Shown piece by piece: positions 25,381 through 34,996 of a stretch of 36,905 bases of DNA (position 1 is the first letter of the stretch; each line of letters begins with the position of its first letter). The notes under the pieces were generated by a model, which had not been told where the DNA came from, made no database searches, and worked only from the letters and a program-made list of their open reading frames with translations. This DNA is from Verrucomicrobiales bacterium (GTDB lineage: Bacteria; Verrucomicrobiota; Verrucomicrobiia; Verrucomicrobiales; V1-33). The stretch is taken from the NCBI GenBank assembly GCA_031411295.1, contig JANOAV010000200.1, positions 1-36,905 on the forward strand, in the 5' to 3' direction. The translations under genes and the position numbers were made by a program.

Positions 25381-28300
25381 ATGTTCCGCATCACATCCTC
25401 CCCTCGCCTCTTCCTTCTCCTGCTTCTAAGTTGCTGCTGGCTCAGCAGCAGCGTAGCCCCCTCCATGGCCGCCGAAGTGGATGTGGATAAGGACGAAGCC
25501 TTGCAGGAGAAGCTCAAAGGGCTCAAGAAACGCTTGTTTTCCTCCGTGCAAATGTCCGATCTGGAGGAGAAATTCCCCGTCTCCGGGGATGCGCGCTTGC
25601 GCCGTGCCGCCATCCACAAGGTGCGCAAATTCTTCCCCGACGATGCCCAGCACCAAATCGACTGCGCCCTGCTGGAGCTGGATCTCGATTTTGCCGAAAG
25701 CAAGTTTCCCTTGCTAGGCGAGCACTTGGCGGAGTTACTCAAGAGTTACGAAACCAAGTTGAAACCAGAACAAAAGCCACAGGCGGAGTTCTTCCAAGCC
25801 ATCGTGGCCCAATCGGAAAACAAGCTGGACCGCTGCGTCACTTTGCTCACCCAAGTATCGAAAAACAAGAAAGCGAACGACCAACTGCGGATGACATCAT
25901 TCCGCTATTTGGCCGAAATTTATATTAGCCAAAGCAAACCCGCCGAGGCCGCCAAAGTCCTGGCCGAAGGAACCAAGAGCCTGGACGCAGGCGTGGCCCC
26001 ATTTCTCGAGCCCATCAAGGCCGGAGTGCTTTTGATGCTGGGTCAGAAGGATCAGGCCCAGCGCATCTGGAAACAGTGCGCGGAGAACTACGGAGCCAAC
26101 AGCGGCCCTATTTATAATACCGGCATCCAAATGCTGAATCGCCCCGTCTGGCAGCCAGTGGGAGAGGAATTACTAACTGTCATGGTGGCCAGCGCCCAGA
26201 AGCTGCCATTTGCGGCCGAAATGGAGAAGGCCGCTGAGGAACTGCGCCAGAAGCTCAAAGAAGTTGGCAAGGGTGGGTTGATGCTGCTGGCGATGAATCA
26301 AGAGCGCCAAGGGCAGTATGAGCAGGCACTGGCGATCTATACCCGCGTGACCGCTGACGACCCGAATATCGCAAGCGCGCTCTTCGCCAAGTCCATCCTG
26401 CTGGGGGATTTGGGCCGCTGGCCACAGGCCCGGGCGATCGCGGTGGATCAATTGGAAAAAACGAAACCGTCCCTCGATAACCCCGCAGACCAGAAATCCA
26501 TTAAGGAATATCGCTCGCTCATCGACAGTAGTTTCCTCCACGACGGAGTTTATGCAAAACGCATGGAACCGTGCTGGGCTTTGTGGCAGCAATTAGCTGA
26601 GGCCCTCAAAATAAATGCCAACCCCGGCGGGAAGCTGGGGATTCACGCACTGGTGGACACAGCCGCGAAAGGTTTTACCCCTCAAGTTCGGTTACCCTTC
26701 ATCGCGCGCTGGGGAAGTTGGAATCCCCTCCAAGCGCTTGCTTTCTCCCAGGAATTGGAGGGTGCCCTCGCTGGTCGGAAGGAGTTGGGAGTGCAGGCCG
26801 TGCAGCTCTTGGTGGCCATGGAACAGGCTTTCCCAGCGGAGTTCGTGTTCTCCAAGGCCTGGATCATTAATAATGCGATGCTCCTGCGCACCGCCTTGCA
26901 GGTGGAACCCACGGAGCCAGTGCTCGAGACTTTGGCGAAGGATTATCTGGCTTTGAATTTCGCGCCCGAAGACGTGGCCCTGGGCTACCGCAACGTGTGG
27001 GATTGCGGCATCCTGGCCATGGTCCATAAATCACTCCAAGAGCCCACTGCGCTCCTGTTGGAGAAACTAATCGCCACCCCCCGGGGCCTGCGTTCAGAAC
27101 AGGATTTGAAACCGTTGCGGCAGATGTTGTCCGTCATTTATTCCTCTCTCGGCAAAGAGGAAGAGAGCGAGAAAGTCCTCCAAGCGGACAACGCCTGGCC
27201 ACTCCCAGAATCCATGCAGAGTGTGGCCAAGTGGACCAAGGAAGCGGCCAAGCCACAGCCATTGCAGATTGCTGAACTCCAGAAAATTGCCGCCCAGATT
27301 CCATTGGTAAAATCCCCCTCACTCATGCCCCCCCTGTTAGGCGAAGCCCCCCAAGCCGAAGCCCCCCAAGCTGGCCCTTACGGTCCTGCCCTCAAGGCCA
27401 CGATGGCTCAAGTGCAGCCCGTCTGGTATGAATTCATACCCCCCGACTCCGTGCGCGATCCCTTGATTCGGGATGAGCAGAAGTTCTTTGGATCCGATGG
27501 TCCCGAACTCAGCCTGGCGAACCGCTTCAAAGGCTGCCTGCTCTATGCTGCCGATCCCGACAAAACCCAGGACATCCGCCGCTCCAGCGTCCTCAGTGCC
27601 GCCGTCTGGGCCTACCAAAGCAGCCGCACCCTAACCCGCCTCCAGCCTTGGTTGAACCTCAGCCTAACCAAGAGCATGAACGATCCGCTCAACTACTCAG
27701 TGGAAATGAAATTTGTGGAACTGGCCATCGCCCAGGGCGCGCCCGCCGTGGCAGAGCAGTTCATGATCCCCCTGCGATCGGCTGCTAGTCAGAAAGTCCA
27801 CGATGCGCGACTGGATCCCTTCGTAAAGCAAAACAATTATTTCCTGGAGATGTATCGTCTGGAGCCTGACGAAGCCAGCATCACGGCATTCCGCAAGAAA
27901 ATCATGGCCGCTCCGCTGGAGAATGATCGGGCCCAGGTCATCGCTCCGACCCTGACCTTCCTACTGAATCACGGCCTAACTAAAGCCGCCACCGCGTGGC
28001 GGGAAGCAGCTCTGGAAGCCGTTTCCAAGGACAAGGAGAACGTTAAACAAATGACCAAACTGCTCGATCCCATCGCAACCCAGGCCAATACTTGGCGCCC
28101 CATCCATGAAGCCCTGTGCGAGGTGCTCTGGAAATATGTTGCTAAAGCCAGCGTCACCAAACCGCAGGAAGTAGATGGCATCCTGAACCAATCCATCGTG
28201 GGGACAGAATACCCACCGGAAACACTGCGGCAGATCTATTGCTATTATTTGAAAAAGGGCGGCCTCTTCTGGCAGCCTTCCCACTGGCAGCACCTCCTGG

Positions 28301-29205
28301 GTGACGCGCTGCCCAATGATGAGAAATGGCTTCCACTCAAACGGGATCTCTGCGCCAAGGCTCTGGAAGTGGCTCCCACGGACGACCTTCGCCTCTCGTT
28401 CGCCCGGTATTTTCCGTATTATTTCCCGCTCCACGAGGCCTCGTCCCGGGACTTCCTCAAGACCCTGGTGAAGCCCTTCCGTGACTTAAAGAAAAATCCC
28501 GGCATGGGGCAGATGGCCCGCTGGATCGACCTCCAGAGCGCCCTGGCCAGCATGGACGCAGCGTCCATGGAGACCCTCAACACCATGCCGGCAGACACCT
28601 CCGAACCCGTGGAACGTCATTGGCGGACGGTGGCGCTGCTTACTGGCCGCGGGCAGCAAAAGGATGTCACGAACATGCTCAAAGATCTACCGGAGAGCGC
28701 GTTCCTGCCCTTCACGCATCAAGCCACCATGATCCGGGCGCTGAAACTCATCGAAGACGAAAAGCGACTCGCCAAAGTCTCCAAACTGGCGCGAGCTTCC
28801 GCCCAAGCACTGTTCGGTCGGATTTGGGTGAATCGGGAGTTGGACTTGCTCCCCACCTTGATTGATTTGGTTGACGCGCTGGACGCCAAAGACCTCCTCC
28901 CCGCCCCCTTCATCAAAGAAATGCGCGCGCATCCCTACCTGCCCGCCTCCCTGCCGGCCAGCGCCTGGTTCTACACCATGGACAAGGCTTGGGCCGAAGC
29001 CAAATCCGCTGCGGAACTGGCTCTGAAAATCACTGAAGGCAATCCCTCCCAGCAGCCGCTGATGCTCTTGCTGCTGGGTTTTGCCGAAGCCAACCTGGGG
29101 AATAAAGCCGCCGCCGCCCAGGCCTTGGAAAAATTCCTCCAACAAGCCCCCGCCAGCATTCATTGGAAGGCTGCAGCCACGCTGCTCGAGCAAATCAAAG
29201 GGTGA
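25381..29205 (+). CDS. Large exported TPR/alpha-solenoid protein
   Basis: 1274 aa; signal peptide (RLFLLLLLSCCWLSSSVAPSMA); TPR-like units (GQYEQALAIY, ALFAKSILLGDLGRWPQA, LGFAEANLGNKAAAAQALEKFL). Confidence 0.8.
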   Translation: MFRITSSPRLFLLLLLSCCWLSSSVAPSMAAEVDVDKDEALQEKLKGLKKRLFSSVQMSDLEEKFPVSGDARLRRAAIHKVRKFFPDDAQHQIDCALLELDLDFAESKFPLLGEHLAELLKSYETKLKPEQKPQAEFFQAIVAQSENKLDRCVTLLTQVSKNKKANDQLRMTSFRYLAEIYISQSKPAEAAKVLAEGTKSLDAGVAPFLEPIKAGVLLMLGQKDQAQRIWKQCAENYGANSGPIYNTGIQMLNRPVWQPVGEELLTVMVASAQKLPFAAEMEKAAEELRQKLKEVGKGGLMLLAMNQERQGQYEQALAIYTRVTADDPNIASALFAKSILLGDLGRWPQARAIAVDQLEKTKPSLDNPADQKSIKEYRSLIDSSFLHDGVYAKRMEPCWALWQQLAEALKINANPGGKLGIHALVDTAAKGFTPQVRLPFIARWGSWNPLQALAFSQELEGALAGRKELGVQAVQLLVAMEQAFPAEFVFSKAWIINNAMLLRTALQVEPTEPVLETLAKDYLALNFAPEDVALGYRNVWDCGILAMVHKSLQEPTALLLEKLIATPRGLRSEQDLKPLRQMLSVIYSSLGKEEESEKVLQADNAWPLPESMQSVAKWTKEAAKPQPLQIAELQKIAAQIPLVKSPSLMPPLLGEAPQAEAPQAGPYGPALKATMAQVQPVWYEFIPPDSVRDPLIRDEQKFFGSDGPELSLANRFKGCLLYAADPDKTQDIRRSSVLSAAVWAYQSSRTLTRLQPWLNLSLTKSMNDPLNYSVEMKFVELAIAQGAPAVAEQFMIPLRSAASQKVHDARLDPFVKQNNYFLEMYRLEPDEASITAFRKKIMAAPLENDRAQVIAPTLTFLLNHGLTKAATAWREAALEAVSKDKENVKQMTKLLDPIATQANTWRPIHEALCEVLWKYVAKASVTKPQEVDGILNQSIVGTEYPPETLRQIYCYYLKKGGLFWQPSHWQHLLGDALPNDEKWLPLKRDLCAKALEVAPTDDLRLSFARYFPYYFPLHEASSRDFLKTLVKPFRDLKKNPGMGQMARWIDLQSALASMDAASMETLNTMPADTSEPVERHWRTVALLTGRGQQKDVTNMLKDLPESAFLPFTHQATMIRALKLIEDEKRLAKVSKLARASAQALFGRIWVNRELDLLPTLIDLVDALDAKDLLPAPFIKEMRAHPYLPASLPASAWFYTMDKAWAEAKSAAELALKITEGNPSQQPLMLLLLGFAEANLGNKAAAAQALEKFLQQAPASIHWKAAATLLEQIKG

Positions 29206-29320
29206 TTTCCGTCAAGCCCCCGTCGTCGCGTGTTGACCAAGAGATTTCCCCCTTGCACCGGGTCTGAAGCGATCCCAGCGTGCAGGCTCCCTCCCCATTC
29301 ATTTCACCCCATTTTATCCC

Positions 29321-29938
29321 GTGCTAGGAATTGTCGATTACGGCGGCGGAAACATACAGAGTGTGCGCAATGCCCTCGCTGCCTGTGACGCCGAATTTAT
29401 AGAAATCAGCCGCCCCGAACAGTTGGCGGACGTCACCGCCTTGATCTTTCCTGGGCAGGGCGCGTTTGGCGATTCCATGCAGGCACTCCACAGCCGTGGC
29501 TTGGTGGAACCGCTGCGCGACTGGCTGCGCGCGGATCGCCCATTTTTCGGGATTTGCATCGGGTATCAAGTCTTGTTTGAATCCAGCGAAGAGGAACCAG
29601 GCGTGGCTGGCCTGGGGGTCTTTCCTGGCTCCGTCGTGAAATTCCCCGCCATCCCCGGGCTGAAGATTCCCCACATGGGCTGGAATGTCGCCCATGTTCA
29701 TCACCCGGAACATCCCTTATGGCACGGGCTGGGAGCCGATCCCTTCTTCTACTTCGTGCATTCCTACCATCCGGTGCCAGTCGAGGAAGATCTGATTGCG
29801 ACCGTGACGACCTATGGTCCAGTCAGCTTTGCTTCCAGCATTCAACGCGGCAACGTTCTGGCCACTCAATTTCACCCGGAAAAAAGCCAGGCCAATGGAC
29901 TCCGTTTGTTGCAAAATTTCGTATCTCTCTACAGCTAA
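29321..29938 (+). CDS. hisH: Imidazole glycerol phosphate synthase, glutamine amidotransferase subunit
   Basis: IVDYGGGN, PGQGAF, GICIGYQ, KIPHMGWN, FYFVHSY, QFHPEKS. Confidence 0.97.
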   Translation: MLGIVDYGGGNIQSVRNALAACDAEFIEISRPEQLADVTALIFPGQGAFGDSMQALHSRGLVEPLRDWLRADRPFFGICIGYQVLFESSEEEPGVAGLGVFPGSVVKFPAIPGLKIPHMGWNVAHVHHPEHPLWHGLGADPFFYFVHSYHPVPVEEDLIATVTTYGPVSFASSIQRGNVLATQFHPEKSQANGLRLLQNFVSLYS

Positions 29939-30063
29939 TCCTTTCCACCATAGCGAAAACGCCTCCGCGTATTTTACATTTCCACATTTTCGCTGGATTT
30001 TCACAATTGCGACGGCAGAGTCCCCCTCCTAAATTTTACCCTTAAGCAAGAAACCCCAAGATT

Positions 30064-30633
30064 ATGGCAGACAACGCAACCCCCTCCACTAAAGCGGCCA
30101 CCGCCGCTTCCTCCGATTCAAAATGCTGCAAGTGGTCCGACTGGTCTTGGGCCGCTATTCTGCTCCGTCTCTGTGCCGGGGTGCTGCTGCTGCTTTCCGG
30201 CACCGACAAATTCAAGTCCGCCACCAATCCAGCCACCTACAGCTTGGACAATTACTACGGAACCGACGCTCAACTCGCTGAAGGCTACGTTCCCAAGGCC
30301 GTCAAGATCGTCAATGTGGTCTATACCAACAGCGGTCTGGATAACGCCGACAAGCTTCCTGGTGGCGTGAAGACCGCAAATGCTCTGGCTTGGAGCTTCT
30401 ACGAATTCGGTAAAGTTCTGCCATGGTTGATGATTGTTAGCGGTCTCATGATCCTCCTCGGCGTCTTCAGTCGCCTGGCCTACTTCATCGGTGGATTTGT
30501 CTGGATCAGCCTCCTCATCGGCCAGTTGCTGCTCCCGGATGCACAGATTATTTCCTATCTCTTGGAAATCTTCATCGTCCACGTGGCCGCGCTCGCCATG
30601 CTGGAGCATGATCGTTTTCATGTGAAGAAATAA
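30064..30633 (+). CDS. DoxX-like membrane protein
   Basis: LLRL..G..LL.SG.DK, then LPWL...GL.ILLG.FSR and about four TM helices: DoxX-type pattern. Confidence 0.7.
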   Translation: MADNATPSTKAATAASSDSKCCKWSDWSWAAILLRLCAGVLLLLSGTDKFKSATNPATYSLDNYYGTDAQLAEGYVPKAVKIVNVVYTNSGLDNADKLPGGVKTANALAWSFYEFGKVLPWLMIVSGLMILLGVFSRLAYFIGGFVWISLLIGQLLLPDAQIISYLLEIFIVHVAALAMLEHDRFHVKK

Positions 30634-30672
30634 GTCTTGGCCCCCAAACCCCCAGCCAACGAACAAAATCCC

Positions 30673-32124
30673 ATGAGCCAGAACCCATCAGCTCCGTCAG
30701 CGGTCGATTTGACCCGGCGGTCTTTCCTTAGAACAGGTGCAGCCGGTGCAGCCCTGCTGAGCCTCTCCAAACGCTCCGCCCAGGCGGCCGAGCCTTCCGG
30801 TGCCATCAACATCGCCCTCATCGGCTGCGGTTCACAAGGCGAAACCCTGATCCGCGCCATTCAGAAAGTCACCAGTGTGCCCGTTAAATGGATTGCCACC
30901 TGCGACTTGATCCCGGGGAAGGCTATTTCCAATGCGCAGAAGCTCGGTCTCGCCAAGGAACAGGCCTTCACTAAGCCTGAGGAATTGCTCGCAAAGCACC
31001 CGGAGATTGATGCGGTGTTCATCGCTGCTCCAGACTGGTTCCACGCCCCCTTCACCCGCCTGTGTCATCAGGCTGGGAAACAAGTGTATTGCGAGAAAAT
31101 GATGTCTCACACCTTGGAAGGCGCTCAGGACATGGTCAAGAGCCAGCGCTCCAGCGGCAAACTCCTCCAGATCGGTCACCAGCGTCGGAGTAATCCACGC
31201 TATCGTTTCGCGAAGCACGAGATCATGGAGAAACTCAAAGTGTGCGGTCGTATCACTCATGCCTATGGCCAGTGGAATCGGGGGATCACCCTTCCGATTG
31301 ACGCCCGTTATGACGCTCCGGTGGAAAAGGCCATCCTTGATGCCGGCTATAACAACAAATTTGAATTTCTCAACTGGCGCTGGTTCCGGAAATATGGCGG
31401 TGGACCGCTCTCCGATTTGGGGGCGCACCAGATTGATATTTTTAACTGGATGTTCGGCGTTCCGCCCAAGGCGGTAACGGTGAGCGGCGGCACGGATTAT
31501 TACAAAAACATCGTGCTCGACAAGACCAAAGACCCCGTGACCTATGAGCACCCGGACAATGTGATCGCAGTTTACGAATACGATGTGCCCGGCAATGGTT
31601 TGGTCCGCGTGGTTTACCAAGTCATTACCACCAACAGTTCCATGACTGCTTACGAAAAATACATGGGCGAAAATGGCACCGTGGTATTGGCGGAAGTGGA
31701 TTCCTACAATCAAGTCTATCGCGAAAAATGGGACAACGACGTGGCCAAATGGGAAGGCCAATTCTTCGCCAAAGGTTACCTTAAGAAAAGCGCGGGGAAC
31801 ATTAAGAACAAGTTCTGGGAACGGGATCGCTCCACCTGGTTCCGCCCCGATCCATGGCTGGACAAAGAAGGCGTCGTGGACGTGCGGGCCTCCAGCCCGC
31901 TGGACCCCTATGAACTGCCCACCGTTCTGAACCTGCCCTACCACACCCCTCACGTGGAGAATTTCCTCCTCGCAGTGCAGAATAAAGGCACCCAAGCCGA
32001 TCTCAACTGCCCGGTGGAAGATGCCTACAAGTGCGCCGTGGCCGTTCTCAAAGTCAATGCGCTGGTCTCCAAAGAAGGCAGCGGTCGCATCGAATTCAAA
32101 CCCGAGGACTTCATCGTCGCCTAA
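30673..32124 (+). CDS. Gfo/Idh/MocA family oxidoreductase, Tat-exported
   Basis: TRRSFLR, LIGCGSQG, APDWFH, VYCEKMM, QIGHQRRS, NWRWFRKYGGG..SDLGAHQID; ATG at 30673. Confidence 0.93.
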   Translation: MSQNPSAPSAVDLTRRSFLRTGAAGAALLSLSKRSAQAAEPSGAINIALIGCGSQGETLIRAIQKVTSVPVKWIATCDLIPGKAISNAQKLGLAKEQAFTKPEELLAKHPEIDAVFIAAPDWFHAPFTRLCHQAGKQVYCEKMMSHTLEGAQDMVKSQRSSGKLLQIGHQRRSNPRYRFAKHEIMEKLKVCGRITHAYGQWNRGITLPIDARYDAPVEKAILDAGYNNKFEFLNWRWFRKYGGGPLSDLGAHQIDIFNWMFGVPPKAVTVSGGTDYYKNIVLDKTKDPVTYEHPDNVIAVYEYDVPGNGLVRVVYQVITTNSSMTAYEKYMGENGTVVLAEVDSYNQVYREKWDNDVAKWEGQFFAKGYLKKSAGNIKNKFWERDRSTWFRPDPWLDKEGVVDVRASSPLDPYELPTVLNLPYHTPHVENFLLAVQNKGTQADLNCPVEDAYKCAVAVLKVNALVSKEGSGRIEFKPEDFIVA

Positions 32125-32178
32125 GGTAAAGTAAATCCTCTCATTTAACCATCCTCTTTAAAATCAAGTTATCCTCCC

Positions 32179-33039
32179 ATGAAAAAACACCTCCTCTCGA
32201 TTGCGATGGCTGCCGCAGCGGTAGTTACTTTGAACTCCTGTGATAAAGCGCCTCCCGGCATGACCGCCGCTGGTGGCACCTCCAGTGGACCCGTGGCTGC
32301 GGCCCCGGGCGCTGCGCCAGTGGCTCCCGCGCCCGTCGCGGCCAAGACCCCGACCCCTGCTCCCGCACCAGTCGTAACCAACACGCCCGCGCCAACCCCG
32401 GCCCCGGAAGCCCCCAAGCCAGCAACCACTCCCGCTGCGCCAACCGGCCCAACTGTGAAGATCGCGCCCACCATGCCGCAGCCACTCTTCGCAGGCACGC
32501 CGCTACCGGCCGATAATACCATCCCAAATCTGGACAAACCCGGCACGCCTCCGGTCCTCTCTATGGACCTTCCAGAAGGCAGTAAATTGCTTTCTCTCAA
32601 GGCCCCCGTCACTTCCAGTTGCCCCAGCCCATTCACCGGCACCTTGGATCTGGTGACCGATGGTGAGAAGGACGGCAGCGATGGCTACTTCGTCGAATTG
32701 GATCCAGGCAAACAGTGGGTGCAAATCGATCTCGGAGCCACCAAGGAAGTCTGGGGCATCTGGATGTGGCACTTCCACAAAGCTGCTTTCGTCTATAAAG
32801 GTGTCGTGGTCACGGTCTCAGATGATGCTGAAGGCAAGAATGCCACCATCCTCTACAACAACGACTATGACAACTCCGTGGGCTTGGGCGTCGGCAAAGA
32901 CAACTCCTACACCGAAACCAACAACGGTCGCTTCGTGGCTGGCAAAGGCACCAAAGGCCGCTACGTCCGCCTCTGGACCAATGGTCGCTACCTCGATGAA
33001 ATGAACCACTACATCGAAGTGGAAGTTTACGGGAAATAA
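32179..33039 (+). CDS. Lipoprotein with Pro/Ala-rich linker and discoidin (F5/8 type C)-like domain
   Basis: Lipobox LNSC; P/A/T-rich linker; LVTDG, QWVQIDLG, GRYVRLW, EVEVYG. Confidence 0.82.
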   Translation: MKKHLLSIAMAAAAVVTLNSCDKAPPGMTAAGGTSSGPVAAAPGAAPVAPAPVAAKTPTPAPAPVVTNTPAPTPAPEAPKPATTPAAPTGPTVKIAPTMPQPLFAGTPLPADNTIPNLDKPGTPPVLSMDLPEGSKLLSLKAPVTSSCPSPFTGTLDLVTDGEKDGSDGYFVELDPGKQWVQIDLGATKEVWGIWMWHFHKAAFVYKGVVVTVSDDAEGKNATILYNNDYDNSVGLGVGKDNSYTETNNGRFVAGKGTKGRYVRLWTNGRYLDEMNHYIEVEVYGK

Positions 33040-33053
33040 CCTTTCTTAATCTG

Positions 33054-33094
33054 AGGGTGGTTCGGCCGAATCGGCTGGACCACCCTTTTTCTTT
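33054..33094 (+). terminator. Rho-independent terminator
   Basis: agggtggttcggccg-aat-cggctggaccaccct stem followed by ttttcttt, 15 nt after the stop codon. Confidence 0.85.
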
Positions 33095-33120
33095 GGGCAG
33101 GGTTCATTTTCAGCCAGCCA

Positions 33121-34917
33121 TCAATTCACCCGACACACCTGGAAGAAACGTCTGCTGACTGCCGGGGACAATGACGTGGAAGTCCAACTGGTGGAATATC
33201 CCGCACTGGTAACGCTGGGCGCAAGCGTGGTCCATTGGATCAAGTCCGTGCTGAATTCGATGCGATAGGTTTGCTGCGGGAGCGAATTCCATGTTAGCGA
33301 GATTTTCTGCTGCCCCTCATTCCACTGTGCTGCGGTTATCTCAAATCGCATGGGGACGAGGTCCGGGTTCCATTCCACGACATTGGCTCCGGTCACCAAG
33401 AGCGTTTGCGTTGCCGAATAATAACCCGGCACATTGACGGTCAGAAGATACGACCCCACTGGTAAATCCACCGCCCCGAAAAAGCCCGTGGCATCCGTTT
33501 TCAAGGTTCGATTCACCGGTCCTGACAACGTCACCGTAACCCCATCGAAATCAATCGTGCGCCCGACATTGCGGACATAGCCCATGGCGTGCCCCTTGGC
33601 GGTGCTGGTCTTCCACGGCATAACTGGAACCGTAGCCGCAGCCCCAAAGACCGGCGTGCCACCCGGATCATAAATCGCTGCCGTAGCCGCATCAATCAGC
33701 GAGTTCCGGAAGGTGGTTCGGGAAGCATAATTATACGTATAAGTGCCGGTGCTGACATTGCGCTGGCCACAGTAATTGGCGTAGGAATACCCCACAAATC
33801 CTGACAAGGTCCTCCCACTGACACTCGGGAGGCGCGACACTTGAATTTCATCAATGATCCCTTCCAACTGATTCAGATAAATCCCCGCCCCGGCCGCGCC
33901 CGCACGGGAGGCCTGATTCTCCCGCGTGTAAGCACACCAATTGCCGTATTCCGTGGCGCGGGCCGTGATGGAATAATCCCGATAAATCATCGGCACGGCC
34001 AAATCCAGAATTCCCTCCTGCAGCCAACTACGCCAGTCCTGCAAGACCCGTCCGTAAGCATCCCTCCCCTGCCAGGCTGAATTGCTTTGATCCACCGGGG
34101 CACTGCCATAGCAGATCAACGCGGCCGAGATCCGGGCGGCACGTCGTTGCTTCCAAGCATTCAGATAAACTTTCCGCACCAAGCTCGTGACCTGATCCCG
34201 CCGAAACTGCAGCCATTGACTATCATTCGACGCGGGAACATCCACCCGGCTCGTCTGCCGTTGAAATCGCTGCACACTCACTGGGTTATAGCCGTAAGGC
34301 TGATTCCCCACGCTGGACTCAGCATCCGTGTAGCGCACGTAATCAAAATGCAACCCATCCAGATCGTAACGATTCACCAGATCCAGGCAGACGTTATACG
34401 TATGCTTCTGCACCTCGGGGTGCCCCGGATCAAAGGCATAGTTCGCTCCATCCCATTTCGTCCCATCCGCTTTTTGCGTCAGCCAATCTGGATGCAGATT
34501 ATACGGATGCGTCGGCTGCGCGGGAAGCGTCGATTGCTGGTTCCAAATATTGTAGGTCACGATCCACGCATGAACCTCAATCCGGGGACTTCCGGTGTGG
34601 GCCTTCGTCACCAAATCCGCCAGCGGATCGAACGTGCTCCCCGTAATATCTGTGGCCTTGGGTTCCAAGCCCCCAAGATAATACGCATCCCCCCGTTTCC
34701 GGACTTGGACAAACAGCGCGTTAAAATTTCCCGCCCGGGCGTCAGCCACCAGTTGTGTGACATCACTGCTGGACTTGAATCCCGCATTAAACGCATCCAC
34801 CCAAAATCCCCGCAACTCCTCCGCCCCTGACGCTCTGGCAAGCAGCAACAGCACGAATCCCAGGACACGGGGCAGATCATTGGCGGTAGAGAAATTCATC
34901 AGGAGGGGCACGTGCAT
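33121..34917 (-). CDS. Glycosyl hydrolase-like 10 (DUF187/YddW-type) protein with carboxypeptidase-regulatory-like and small C-terminal beta domains
   Basis: ELRGFWV, FNALFVQVRKRGDAYY, FDPLA, IEVHAW, DPGHPEVQ, YDLDGLHFDYVRY, QDWRSWLQEGILD..VPMIY. Start uncertain (34917 or 34899). Confidence 0.88.
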   Translation of the reverse strand: MHVPLLMNFSTANDLPRVLGFVLLLLARASGAEELRGFWVDAFNAGFKSSSDVTQLVADARAGNFNALFVQVRKRGDAYYLGGLEPKATDITGSTFDPLADLVTKAHTGSPRIEVHAWIVTYNIWNQQSTLPAQPTHPYNLHPDWLTQKADGTKWDGANYAFDPGHPEVQKHTYNVCLDLVNRYDLDGLHFDYVRYTDAESSVGNQPYGYNPVSVQRFQRQTSRVDVPASNDSQWLQFRRDQVTSLVRKVYLNAWKQRRAARISAALICYGSAPVDQSNSAWQGRDAYGRVLQDWRSWLQEGILDLAVPMIYRDYSITARATEYGNWCAYTRENQASRAGAAGAGIYLNQLEGIIDEIQVSRLPSVSGRTLSGFVGYSYANYCGQRNVSTGTYTYNYASRTTFRNSLIDAATAAIYDPGGTPVFGAAATVPVMPWKTSTAKGHAMGYVRNVGRTIDFDGVTVTLSGPVNRTLKTDATGFFGAVDLPVGSYLLTVNVPGYYSATQTLLVTGANVVEWNPDLVPMRFEITAAQWNEGQQKISLTWNSLPQQTYRIEFSTDLIQWTTLAPSVTSAGYSTSWTSTSLSPAVSRRFFQVCRVN

Positions 34918-34996
34918 CCTACGCAACTTCGATGCCACAGCGCAAGATGAAAACGCACCATGATCTACCCTACTGACTTTAGGGCACACCGCCCCC

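Noticed and set aside
30832..31995. 387-aa antisense ORF (also 34087..34830, 18026..18667, 15312..15950)
   Set aside because: Shadow ORFs opposite well-supported genes, expected in GC-rich DNA.
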